DNA of 64,000 bases from the NCBI GenBank assembly GCA_024137785.1, contig JAHRHZ010000127.1:2484612-2548611 (forward strand), in the 5' to 3' direction. Positions 25,561-36,911 of the stretch are shown in pieces. The stretch is from Ginglymostoma cirratum. Lineage: Eukaryota. The position numbers and the translations under genes were made by a program. Under the pieces are notes generated by a model, which saw only the letters and a list, made by a program, of their open reading frames with translations, made no database searches and was not told the DNA's origin. Every line of letters starts with the position of its first letter. Within the stretch, counting starts at the first letter, position 1.

Positions 25561-25690
25561 GAGATAATAGGAACTGCAGATGCTGGAGAATGCGAGATAA
25601 CAAGGTGTGGAGCCGAATGAACACCGCAGGCCAGGCAGCATCATAGGAGCAGGAAAGCTTGACGTTTCGGGCCTAGACCCTTCATCAGAA
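25561..25690 (-). mobile_element. Penelope-like terminal repeat with hammerhead-like core
   Basis: Minus strand reads CTGATGAAGGGTCTAGGCCCGAAACGTCAAGCTTTCCTGCTCCTATGATGCTGCC. Confidence 0.8.
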
Positions 25691-26282
25691 AGAAAGGGTC
25701 TCTTTCATAACTTTTTTTACACATTGATGATATTAATTTCGACACGATCTCTTCAATTAACGGGCACATTTTGCGGCATTATGTCATAATCTCTCACAAT
25801 GTAGGAGGATAATGTTTCTTGCATCGCTCTTTCAACAATCTAATTTTTTGCATTACCTGGAAAATGCATCTCCTGAAAAAATGCGTGCTAATTTGCTTTG
25901 ATGGGTAATATTTGATCACTGTAATTACATAGCATTTCCATTTCACTGCGAACATCTTGTAATGAAAATAGCATTCGAATATATTGTTGATCTTCTATTG
26001 CGTGTGAGTTATCACGCTGTTATCTCAGGGTAAGTTCATGGACTAAATTTATCAATAATGCTATTCTTAGTTAATTATCAAGCAGTTATTGTGGTGTCAA
26101 CATAGTTCTGATACTGCAGCGATAATAATACTGTTGGTGAATTGTCACTGTTTTCAGAACATGAACGATGAGTGTGCTTTTTAAGCAACGATTCTCTAAA
26201 AGAATCAATATATTTTAAGGAAGTTAGGAAAGCAAGTCTTTGTTTTTAAAAACAAAATAAAAAGGCGGATGCTGTAAATTAG

Positions 26283-26462
26283 AAACAAATACAGAAGTTG
26301 CTGGAAAAGCTCAGCAGGTCCGGCAGCATCTGTGAAGAGAAATCACAGTTAATGTTAAAGGTCCTGTGACCCTTCCTCACCGGACCGGAAACGTTAACTG
26401 ATTTCTCTTCACAGATGCTACTGGACCTGGTGAGCTTTTCCAGCAATTTCTGTTTTTTGTTC
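26283..26462. repeat. long inverted repeat made of two opposed Penelope-like terminal repeats
   Basis: CAGAAGTTGCTGGAAAAGCTCAGCAGGTCCGGCAGCATCTGTGAAGAGAAATCA is mirrored by TGATTTCTCTTCACAGATGCTACTGGACCTGGTGAGCTTTTCCAGCAATTTCTG. Confidence 0.9.
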
Positions 26463-26921
26463 TTTTGATTTTGACAGAGACGGCATGATTGCCACAAATG
26501 ATTCGTTGAGTGATTCCTGAAATAACGTAATGAGTGAATTTATTAAACAGATGTGTTAAAGTACCAAACTGGTTACAGTATATAAGCAACATATGATTAT
26601 TCCTTCAATGGATTAGCAATTGCCTCTAACTTCCAGAGCACACTTCCGTTCTCAGTCTATAATACTCACTGCTTCAGCCTGGCTCTCCACTTTCACATTC
26701 GCTGAAGCTGCTTATGAATTGTTGGCCGCAAAAATGTGAGGTGTAATTCTCATAATGACACATCGGAAATGCTTGAGACTGTTCCACTCCGTGCTTTTGC
26801 AAAAGCTGGTTTTGTTTGGAATTCTCACTGAACAACGTTAATACGGAAAGGAAACAGCGAGTTTCAGTGATTGCGTAGTTAAGGAATTGAACATATGACA
26901 GGGAAAAGCGGCTTGCCGCGT

Positions 26922-26997
26922 GGCGTCTTGGTTTGGTTGCTTTAAGCATCTCACCGAGTTGACAGAATGATTCTGTTTTCGTCTCCCAGCGGTGCCT
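26922..26997 (+). pseudogene. tRNA-Thr(AGT) highly degenerate copy
   Basis: GGCGTCTTGGTTTGGTTGCTTTAAGC...TCCCAGCGGTGCCT, in the same duplicon position as 30224-30297. Confidence 0.6.
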
Positions 26998-27556
26998 GCG
27001 CCTTATATTGTGCTTTTGTCGTTTATTCTTCTCTCAAATGCCATGCTTGTGATCCAATCTGATGATGTCATAGGAGACAACTGGGCATGCTTCCTGTGCT
27101 TGACCTAAGCTTGTTGTTATTCTATATTCCTACTCTCCTTGCCTGGGTTTGCCCACATGAGGAGATGTTGTTCCTTACTATTTTTTGAACTATAACCATT
27201 AACGGTTGAAAGCTAATCAGAGAGAGGGATTTTGATAAATACGCTGATGCGTCAGATAAAGCTGATAATTTCGCATTATAATATAGAAATTCTTAAACGA
27301 CTTCGTTCTGACGAATAATCCCTGGACATGAAACTTTGACTCCATTTCTTTCCACAGATGCTGCCAGGTGCCGAGTTTCTCTATTAATTCCTGCTTTTGT
27401 CCAATATTTCTAGCGTCCGCAGTTCTTTGTTTCATGTTAACCCGAAAGATGTTTGGGACAAAACAAGTCATTTACCAACGCCACAGATTCTTTTCTCCTC
27501 CTGAAAATTAGTCAGGAATGCTGTCATCATGATAATATCGCAGAAGAGCACTCTCA

Positions 27557-27628
27557 TTCCTTGACCGGGAATCAAACTCAGGCCGCAGCTGTGGAAGTGT
27601 CGAATCCTAACCACTAGACATTAACAGA
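27557..27628 (-). pseudogene. tRNA-Glu degenerate copy
   Basis: Reverse complement reads ...GTCTAGTGGTTAGGATTCGACACTTCCACAGCTGCGGCCTGAGTTTGATTCCCGGTCAAGGAA. The acceptor stem and anticodon are mutated. Confidence 0.8.
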
Positions 27629-27789
27629 AGGTGCAGCAAGATCTTGTAACTTTTTGGAATGATACTGCTTTTGACTTTTGAATTCCTATCAAGATGGCTG
27701 CAGGTAGTTTCTCCCTGCCATTGAGTCTATGCAGCGTGGAAAAAGACCCTTCGATCCATCATTTCAGTTCGAGTCCTCAGGGCTCTGTT

Positions 27790-28083
27790 TGGGGCAGCAT
27801 TTTAGTTAAGTGGTTAGCATGGCTGCCTCGCAATGACAGGGACCCGGGTTCCACGCCACCCTCAGGCGACTGTTTGTGTGGAATTTGCACATTCTCCCCG
27901 TGTTCGTGTTGGTTTTCTTCCCACAGTCCAAAGATGGGCGCGGTAGATGGATTGGCTGTGTTAAATCGCCCGTCGTCTTCAGAGATGCGTAGATTAGGTG
28001 GGTTCGAGAGGAATGGGTCTGGATGTGTTGTTCTGAGGGTCTGTGTGAACTTGTTGGGCCCAAGGGCCTGTTTCCACACTGTA
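27790..28083 (+). mobile_element. HE1-like V-SINE
   Basis: AGTGGTTAGCATGGCTGCCTC..AGGGACCCGGGTTC...TGTGTGGAATTTGCACATTCTCCCCGTG...GGGCCTGTTTCCACACTGTA. It appears absent from the homologous position in duplicon copies B and C. Confidence 0.85.
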
Positions 28084-28563
28084 AGTTATCTACGAATATT
28101 CAATCCGAGTTTCGAGCTCTTGACCCACAGTCTTGTGTGTTCTGATGTTTCCAGGGCAAATGTCAATAGATCATCCCTGTATTCAACGAATGGGATTGAA
28201 ACTTGAGATGGTAAAACTATGATTAAAACTTCATTTGAGAAACTCATTCTCATTTTTCGCCCCAGAGGGAGGCACACAGATACATGCCCCGACAGCGACA
28301 CAGGCCTCAGAATTATACCCGCTCGGTGCGTTTCACGTCTGCTCTCCATCCCCACACACAAGTTGTTCCGACAAAGGACAGCTTTAAGTGGAACTCAAGC
28401 GACCTCTCCAAACAACGTAACGGTTTCTATGAGCTGAAATGGTCCTACACACTGTTTTAATTTCCATTCACTTCAGCTCTCGGGACAAGGATAACGCCGG
28501 GCGCTCCTTCTTCTTTGGAAGCGTCTGTCAACTGGCAAGCGAAGGACTGTTGTCAGCTGTACT

Positions 28564-28636
28564 GGAGCGTGAAAAGACTCAAAACCACAATCTTCTGATC
28601 TGACACTAGATGCGTTATCTGTTATACCACTGACCC
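28564..28636 (-). pseudogene. tRNA-Arg highly degenerate copy
   Basis: Reverse complement reads GGGTCAGTGGTATAACAGATAACGCATCTAGTGTCAGATCAGAAGATTGTGGTTTTGAGTC. The adjacent flank is homologous to 96-280 and 32222-32400. Confidence 0.65.
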
Positions 28637-30223
28637 AACTACACCTTACACCCTGTCGAGTTGTGATGTTTAACAGGGACATAGGCGGAAATATGCTTCA
28701 AAACATGAATAACCGGCAAAAGATAATCGCTGTCACAACTTCACTTCAGTTGGTCCCCACTTTGCGAAGAAGTGAATTTCACTGTTAAAAAAAGCATATT
28801 TCTCATTAGGTGCCTGCTTCAGTGTTGCCTGTTTCTCTGCTGAAACTTAACATTGTTTTATTCACAGTCACTGCGTTAGTTTATGATCCACTCCAGCGAA
28901 ACGTACTTTCATAATTTCAGTCCTAGTCTCTTCGAGTCAAGACCCTGAACAAGTTCAGCGAGAAACTTCCGGTCATTTCTAGGCAGGGCTCTGGTTTCAC
29001 ACGAGTTGAACGAAGCCTTTATTGGTGTGGCCATGCATTGCAGTTCAATGCCTCAAAACAAGCTACTGTTACCATCAGACTGTCACAATGCAGTAAGTCC
29101 ACTGAGCAACATCAGATTATCACAGCTCCGCTTTCTTCACATTGAAACCCAAGGGGAAAATATGAAACTTGGAGAGAGAAACTTTGCTGGTGAAGGTGCG
29201 TCTGTCGTGCAGAACCGACACAAGAGCGTGCACAAGTCAGGACGCCAGGGTTACTGTCAGGACAACTGTTTTTCCTTGGTTAGCATTCAAAGTTGGATTG
29301 CTCGGGCCACGATAAAATTCCCAGTCAGGAAATGAAGATTTATTTCTCTTCTTGTGAATTATTGTAATGAAAACGAATTCCTGGTTAAACACAGAACACA
29401 CTCCCTGAATCTGTCGGAATCAGACCAATGAGACTTAACCACAATGTCAAAGGACTACCATTGCAAATCCCCCTCCGAGCTTCTCACCATTCTGAGTTGG
29501 AAATATGTCGCTGTTCCTTCAGTGTTACTGCGCCTAAATTCTTGAACTACCTCCCTCAAGGCATCACGGCTGTACTTACGTGCTAAGGATTTCAAGTGTT
29601 CAAGTAAGTAGCTCGTCACTTCCGTGTCTGGGGTAATTGCGGATGGACAGTAAACCCTATCCCAGTGAGTAACGTCCATATCTCAGGCATCCTTGTTCAA
29701 AAGTTGCAGTTTACAATCGGACACCTGCACTGGCTCGGGAGCAAGTTCCGAAGCAGAAATAAAAGTGAAAGGCGATAATGACTGGGAGGGATGAGGCAAG
29801 AAGTGCGGGTGGAGCTGTTGATGCAAGGCTCAGTGTCGGTGCCAGTTGATCAGACTTTACTGCCGACCATTAAGACTGACTCACACATCAGTCCTAGTCA
29901 ATTCACCACAATGACACCGTTCCTCTTGTGAGGTTCCCTCTGTGTGTGAGTTAACGCGGAACCCGAGAGGATGAACTTATCTTCTTTATCCTGTCGGTTT
30001 AAACAGATGAAATAATCAGTTTTAAACCAGTGTAAGAGGAGATTGTCTCTTTCTGTGCATTTTCAGAAGAGAATGTTCAGCTGTGAACTGTCCGTGTTTG
30101 CAACATCGGGTGTTGATTGAAATTCTCACTCAGCAATATTGATACGGAAAACAAAACACAGCGTGTTAATGATTGCGTGCTTAAGGGAATGCACTTATGG
30201 ATGGGAAAGGGCTAAATTTGCGT

Positions 30224-30297
30224 GGAACCGTGGCTTAGTTGTTTAAAGTGCCTGTCTAGTAAATAAGATATACTGGGTTCAAACCGTAGCGGTGCTT
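30224..30297 (+). pseudogene. tRNA-Thr(AGT) degenerate copy
   Basis: GGAACCGTGGCTTAGTTGTTTAAAGTGCCTGTCTAGTAAATAAGATATACTGGGTTCAAACCGTAGCGGTGCTT, compared with canonical GGCGCCGTGGCTTAGTTGGTTAAAGCGCCTGTCTAGTAAACAGGAGATCCTGGGTTCGAATCCCAGCGGTGCCT. Confidence 0.85.
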
Positions 30298-31511
30298 GAT
30301 TTGCATAAAGAAGATTCTTCTCTGACGTGTCCGATTGTTGATCCAGACAGCGAAGTCTTTGGAGAGATCTGTGCATCCTGTGTTTGAGCTCACCCTGTTA
30401 TTATTCAGTGCTCTCACTCCTACCGCCTGGTTTGCCCCCATCAGGGAATGTTGCTTCGTCCTATGAATTAATTTATGCTGTAGTTTATTTCTTCTGTTCC
30501 ACAAGCACTTCTGCTTCTTCTGTTATTTTAATTCCTTCATTACTAGTTTGATAGGAATATACAGGTGAGACAGGATAAACTGCAGACGTACTAGGAAATT
30601 TTGTGGTAATGTGCACAGAAACCAGGAGCTGAACACCCTCATTCTCTGCTGTCACCATTCATTCATTTTACACAGGCAGTAAACACATCTTTGTAATCGT
30701 ATAATTGTAGTGGCATTGCTATTTCTTTTCTGGTGGATTAGAAATTCTGCCTCGAAGGCTAAAGGCTCATCATATTTTGAGGGAAAAAATGTCTCCTTGC
30801 CTCTGGCCTAAGTGACAGACACATTATCCAGAGAATGTGAGCTTAATTCTTGACACTCCAACCGGGGGTGGGGTTGGGGAAAGCTTCTCAGCATCTCCAC
30901 TCTCAAACTGCCTCCGAATTTCAGACTTTTCAAAGAGCAGAAATGGGAAATGAGGGATATGGACAGACGCAAGGTCGGAGAATGTCAAAGGATGTCAGGT
31001 GGATACACAGAGACAAATAGAGACACATATTGAGATGGACACTGAAAGGATCAATTCTCCATTCCACATGGCTACGAACTGACAGAAAGGGAAACAAAAA
31101 GGCAAGCATTTGAGAGGAGATATAAGATCAGCTCAGGGCCACAGAAGCAGCAGCAGATCCGGTAGACGCCCTTTTAAATTTGTAAAGTTGATTGTTTGAA
31201 CCTAATCAGTTATTTTGCTGAATGTGCTGATTCAACAGATAAAAGTGATAATTTCCCCGGCATTATAATATAGATGTGCATAACTAACCTTGTTCTGATG
31301 AGCGGTCAATGGATCTGAAACGTTAACGCACTTTCTCCCCACAGATACTGCCAGACCTGCTGAGTTTCTCTATTAATTCTTGTTTCTGTTTCAACTTTCC
31401 AACATCCCGCAGTTCTTTGTTATACGTTAACTTGAAAAACGTTTGGGACAAAATCAACTTGTCGGCAGCTCATTTCCTGCTTCTTAAAATCAATCAGCAA
31501 GACCGTTACCA

Positions 31512-31550
31512 TGCTAAAGCGCTGAATCCTAACCACTAGGCGACCGGGGA
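31512..31550 (-). pseudogene. tRNA-Glu 5'-half remnant
   Basis: Reverse complement reads TCCCCGGTCGCCTAGTGGTTAGGATTCAGCGCTTT; the 3' half is deleted. Confidence 0.65.
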
Positions 31551-32148
31551 AGGCACCCGGAGTGCTCGTATCTTTTCTCAAAGTCACTGCTTTTGGCTTT
31601 TCATTTGTGATCATTTTGGCTGCAGATCTGTTTCTCCCTGTCTTCCAGTTTTTACAGTGTGAAAAAAGACCGTTTGGCCCACCGTGTCTGTGCGGGTAAT
31701 CAGACATCCAGGCCGAGATTCTAGCATTTGGCCTATTGTCTTGTGCGTCGTGACGTTTAGAGGGCAAATGTCAATTAGATTATTCCTGTGATCAACGAAT
31801 GGGAGTGAAGTTAGGGATGGTAAAACATACTCATTCTCAGCCACAGAGGGATACACACCGAAACGTCCCCCCAGACTGACAGACGCCTTAGGATTAAACA
31901 CTCTCCAAGTGCCTGACATCCAGTCTTCGTCACCGCACATAAGATTACCTGACAAAAGGCAGCTTCCGTTTGAACACAGATAACTTCTCCAAACTCTGTG
32001 AGCCCTTGCACGAAATAGTTCCACGCACTCCTCAAGATCAACTGTCAATTTCTAAAACCCAGGCACACGGTTACTACAGCAGCTGGCACACAGTGATTTT
32101 TGGAAGCAGCTACCAATTTGCTAAGGTAGAAAAGCCGCCCGCTGCACT

Positions 32149-32221
32149 CGAGCCAGGAAGGACTCAAACCTCCAATCTGCTGATCTGAAGTGAGATGCAT
32201 CATGCGTTATACCACTGGCCC
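32149..32221 (-). pseudogene. tRNA-Arg degenerate copy (anticodon now reads TCA)
   Basis: Reverse complement reads GGGCCAGTGGTATAACGCATGATGCATCTCACTTCAGATCAGCAGATTGGAGGTTTGAGTCCTTCCTGGCTCG. Confidence 0.7.
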
Positions 32222-32604
32222 AACACAACTTTACAACCTATCGAGTTGTGATGTTAACAGAGACAGAGGTGGAAATGGGATTCACAAAATGAATAACTAG
32301 CAAAGATAATCGCCGTCACTGCTCCACTTCGATGGTCCCCAGTTGTTGAAGCGGTGAGTTTCAAAGCCAAAAGAATAACATTTGTCCTCAGCTGCCTTCT
32401 TCAGTGTCGCCTGTTTCTCTGCTGGAACTTTCCATCGTGTTATTCACAGTCACTGCACAATCTTATGATCCACTCCAGTGAAATGTACTATCATACATTG
32501 AGTCATGGTCGCTTCGACTCAAGCCCCTGAACCAATTCAGGCAGAATCCTCTGTTCGTTTCTGGCCCGGGCTCTGGAATAAAACGACTTGAACAACACCT
32601 GTGA

Positions 32605-33160
32605 GAGATAAAAGGTACTGCAGATGCTGGAGAATCCGAGATAACAAGTTGCGGGGCTGGATGAACACAGCAGGCCAAGCAGCATCATAGGAGCAGGAAN
32701 NNNNNNNNNNNNNNNNNNNNNNNNNNNNNNNNNNNNNNNNNNNNNNNNNNNNNNNNNNNNNNNNNNNNNNNNNNNNNNNNNNNNNNNNNNNNNNNNNNNN
32801 NNNNNNNNNNNNNNNNNNNNNNNNNNNNNNNNNNNNNNNNNNNNNNNNNNNNNNNNNNNNNNNNNNNNNNNNNNNNNNNNNNNNNNNNNNNNNNNNNNNN
32901 NNNNNNNNNNNNNNNNNNNNNNNNNNNNNNNNNNNNNNNNNNNNNNNNNNNNNNNNNNNNNNNNNNNNNNNNNNNNNNNNNNNNNNNNNNNNNNNNNNNN
33001 NNNNNNNNNNNNNNNNNNNNNNNNNNNNNNNNNNNNNNNNNNNNNNNNNNNNNNNNNNNNNNNNNNNNNNNNNNNNNNNNNNNNNNNNNNNNNNNNNNNT
33101 TCCTGCTCCTATGATGCTGCTTGGCCTGCTGTGTTCATCCAGCCCCACAACTTGTTATCT
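32605..33160. mobile_element. Penelope-like terminal repeats in inverted orientation flanking an assembly gap
   Basis: 32639-32699 is the near-perfect reverse complement of 33100-33160. Confidence 0.8.
32700..33099. other. assembly gap (400 N)
   Basis: Run of N. Confidence 1.
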
Positions 33161-35100
33161 TGGAAATATATCGGTGTTACTTCAGTGTCCCTGGGCCCAA
33201 ATCCTTGAACTCTCTCCCTAATGGAATTATGGCTCTACTTCCATTCCATGGAGTTCAGCGGTTCAATAAAGTAACCCATCGTCTCCACCTCTTGGGTAAT
33301 TTGGGATGGGTAGTGAATCCTTCCAGTTGAGTGAAATCCATATCCCAGAAATCCGTTTTCAAATGTTCTAGTTTCTAATCAGACACCTGTAATCTCTTTG
33401 GAGCAAGTTCAGAAGCGGAGCGGGGAAGTGAAATAAAAGTGAACGGCAATGGGGATTGGGAGGCATGAGGCCGGAAGTGAGTATGGAGCTGGTGGCTCAA
33501 GGCTCAGTGTCGGTGTAAATGGGTCAGACTGTACTGCCCACCGTTTACACTGACTCACACACCACTCCTTATCAATTCACCACAATGACCCTGTTTCTCT
33601 TATGGGTATCCCCCTGTGTGTATTAACGCGGTTAATGGGTCCCAGGAAGGTGAATGCATCCTTGATACCCCGTCAGTTTGAACAGGTGAAAATATCCGTT
33701 TTAAATATCCGTATGCCTGAAATGGAGATTGTCTCATTCTGTGCATTTTCAGCGGAGAATGTTCAGCTGTGAAATGTCGGTTTTTGCAAAAGCAGGAATT
33801 GATTGAAATTCTCACTGAACAGCATTGATGCAGAAAGAAAGCATTGAGATTTTGTGACCGAGTGATTAAAGAAGTGAACATATGAATGGGGAAAGCAGGC
33901 TCCTGTGTGGCGCTGAGACCTAGTTGTTTAAAACATTTGTGGTTTTAAATCCCAGTGATGCCTGTGCATTACAATGAATGTTCATCATCTAAACTTCCCT
34001 CAGCTTCAATATTGTAGATCCAACCTGGTGACGTAGAAGGAGACAACTAGGCATAATTCCTGTACTTCACCAAAGTCTGTTATTATTTCAATGCTCCCAC
34101 TCCTGTTTTCCAGGTCTGGTTCCATCGAGAAATGTTGTTGCTTGCTGTTTGGTGAGCTGTAACAATTAACGGTTGTAGGCTAATCAGAGAGAGAGATTTT
34201 GATAAATGTGCTGATTCGACAGATAAAGCTTATAATTTCTCCTTGCATTACACCATAGAAAGTCATAACTGACCCAGTCGAGACGAACGGCCCCTGCACC
34301 TGAAACGTTAACCTTGTTTCTCTCCACAGATGTTGCCAGGCCTGCTGAGTTTTTCTACCAATTTCTCTTTTTGTCAGATTTCCAGCATCCACTGTTCCAT
34401 GTTTTATGTATGCCTGAATATTGTCTGTTCCACAGTTTTCATCTTGCGCCTGAGAATCAGATAGAAACGCTGTCATCAGGATTAATTGGCAGAATAAAAC
34501 GCTCACCCTCTGGGGACAAATCGAACTTGGGCCAAGGAGGTAAAAGAGCTAAACCATAACCACAAAACTAATAGGGAGGCTTCTCCCGTACCTTCTCTCA
34601 ATGACACTGCCTCTGCCTTTTGAATTGCTGTCATTGTGGCTGCATATCAGTGTCTCCCTATCATCGAGTCCTTGCAGCGTGGAAGAAGACTAATTCTGTC
34701 AGTGCGGCTCACCAAACCTCCACCTGTTCTATTCGCAGTTTCCAGTGGTTGTCCCCGAGTCTTGTGCGTCCTGAAGCTTCAAGAGCTAATGTGAATGAGT
34801 TTATCAATGTGATCTCAAATGACACAACGAATAGGGCTGAAGTTTGACTGTGTTACAGCCTGCTTGAGGAACTTATTTGCACTTTCAATCACAGGCGTGA
34901 CACACAGCTACATCCCCCAAGTGTGACAAAGGCCTCACGACTATACACGCTACACGCGCTTCACGTTGGCCAGTTTCTCCGACAAACGGCAGCTTTAGGT
35001 GGAATACAAGCGACTTCCCCAGACAATCAGAAGTGTTGCCGTGAGCTGGGTTATGAAATGGACAGTGAGCTGAAATAGTCTCACACGTTGCTCATGTGGA
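33160..35100 (+). repeat. tRNA-cluster duplicon copy C (partial)
   Basis: 33390-33900 aligns by eye with 29730-30220. It has an internally deleted Thr remnant at 33909-33963 and a very degenerate Glu remnant at ~34505-34578. Confidence 0.7.
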
Positions 35101-35877
35101 ACTTTCAATTTCCGAAGTCCACCGACCCAATCACTGCGGCCCCTGGAAATTTGACAGGGGAGCGTCCGGCCTAAATTCCTCACCAAAAATAGATAGGCGA
35201 AGTATTAAGCATTTTCATGACGCATCACTTTCTGCTTCCGTCCCTGCCTCACCTCCAGCTCCTTCTGAGTCCAGCTCCGAGGTCAATGAACTGCTTGATA
35301 CAAACACAGGTAGATCGTGAAGCCAATATTTACCTGGGAAGCAGGGCCGGGCAATATAAGACACTAACATTGACAAGTGGTGCGTTTGCACATGGCGGGG
35401 TTAAGAAACACCAGGATCGCATCTTCCAGTTTCTCCCAGATACGAATTCCACGAATATGCACAGTGCCCGTCATCCCCAGTCCCAATGTCCCAATGGGTA
35501 ACGTGTCTGATAAGCAGATCATGGGAGAGTCAGTTCGACCCTTCCAGGCTCGGATGCAGTTTGCAAACATGGTCCTGTTACCTTGCAAACTGAGGAGACC
35601 ACAGGTGACCATAGAGATCTCCAGTGCAGAAAAACACCCTACAGCCTATCAAGTCTGCGTCAGTCAAACGCAAGCTCCTGAGTGTTCTGGTCTCATTTCC
35701 CACCACTCGGCTCACGTCCTTGCATGCGTTTGCATCACTGATATGCACCTAAATGATTTTTTAAACTATTAATAAGGGTTCCTATCTGGTATTCTCTCTC
35801 GCAGGCAGTGAGTTGTACATTGCTACCATTCGCATTCTGAAGAGTTAAACATCGGTCCATGGTGGATACAGTAGTTT

Positions 35878-35961
35878 CGACCCCCTGTGGTGGGGGATGT
35901 GGCTCGAACCACGAAGCCTTGGTTAACAGCCGAACACGCCAACCAATTGTGCCACAGAGGC
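35878..35961 (-). pseudogene. tRNA-Asn(GTT) degenerate copy
   Basis: Reverse complement reads GCCTCTGTGGCACAATTGGTTGGCGTGTTCGGCTGTTAACCAAGGCTTCGTGGTTCGAGCCAC. An insertion disrupts the 3' acceptor stem. Confidence 0.8.
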
Positions 35962-36911
35962 TGGTGCTTCTGCATATCTACTATCCCTTAAAGCAAGCTG
36001 TTAGTGAGTTCAATCTTCAGATTATCCCTTCTGGAATGACAATTGCCCTGGCCTGAGTGCAATTTGAGAGTTCTCGATCGTGGAATATCACCGTACAACA
36101 TCAAAGCCAGTGCCCCACTGCTTCATAGAAGCGGAAGGTGCCTTGACTGTCTCTGCTTAGTAGGTCGTTTCACCCTTCATTCTCCTCTGATTCCGGTTGC
36201 TGAAGATTCGGGAAGATTGAGACTGGCTTTTCTGTTTTGTTTCCTTAAAATTTTCCACCGCCAGCTGACATTTTCCTAAATTATCTTCACAATCCTCCAC
36301 CTTCCTCCAAGTGACATTTCAGTGTTGTGGAGAGATTCTTGAGGCCGGGAATGTTCTCTTTGAAGCAAAGAAGGTTAACCGGAGGTCTCCTGGTCATTTT
36401 AGTACCGATGGGCGATGGAGCAGCGAGATGGACACATTGTTGCAGCAGATCCACAGAAACTATTTCCCTTGAGCAGGGTCGGTTGCCAGAGACTAGGATT
36501 GAAGATATGTAATGAAAAAAAGCATGCGTGTAAAATAATCGCAGAGAATTCTGAAAAAAAAAACAACATGTCTGACCTAAAAGGTCGAGTATGGTGAGAT
36601 TCTTGTCCAGAACTCGACTTTCCTGAGTGTCAACAAACGACTGGATCTGAGAAGAAGTGGATTTGTTGAAACAGGCTTTCTGGAGTTGGAGTCAAAATCC
36701 AATCCCCTAGGAAGTAATTTATAGCCTGTAAGGTGAGGAAACGTAGTTGGCCAGATTTTAACCCGTGTAGAGAATACCGGAGGGGTTTCCTCCTCACCTA
36801 ACACATGGTTTGAGGTAGAGTGATATTCAGATTGTCCTGTCCGTGCCATGATCCCATTGTTTCACATTACCCTGCAATTGATCAGAACAGAGGAGGCTGA
36901 TGGGAGTTTGA

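Larger units (their letters stand above)
26650..29010 (+). repeat. tRNA-cluster duplicon copy A (Thr+, Glu-, Arg-)
   Basis: Unique-looking flanks (e.g. GCTAATCAGAGAGAG.GATTTTGATAAAT..GCTGAT...CAGATAAAGCT) recur at ~31200 and ~34180, and inverted at ~39450. Confidence 0.75.
29440..32600 (+). repeat. tRNA-cluster duplicon copy B
   Basis: Collinear with 26650-29010 and 33160-35100: LINE tail, GGAAGTG block, Thr, PLE repeat, Glu remnant, Arg. Confidence 0.75.

Noticed and set aside
27694-28206. 170-aa ORF and overlapping antisense ORFs
   Set aside because: These are chance frames through an HE1-like SINE.
32537-33148. 203-aa ORF
   Set aside because: Artefact of translating through the N gap.
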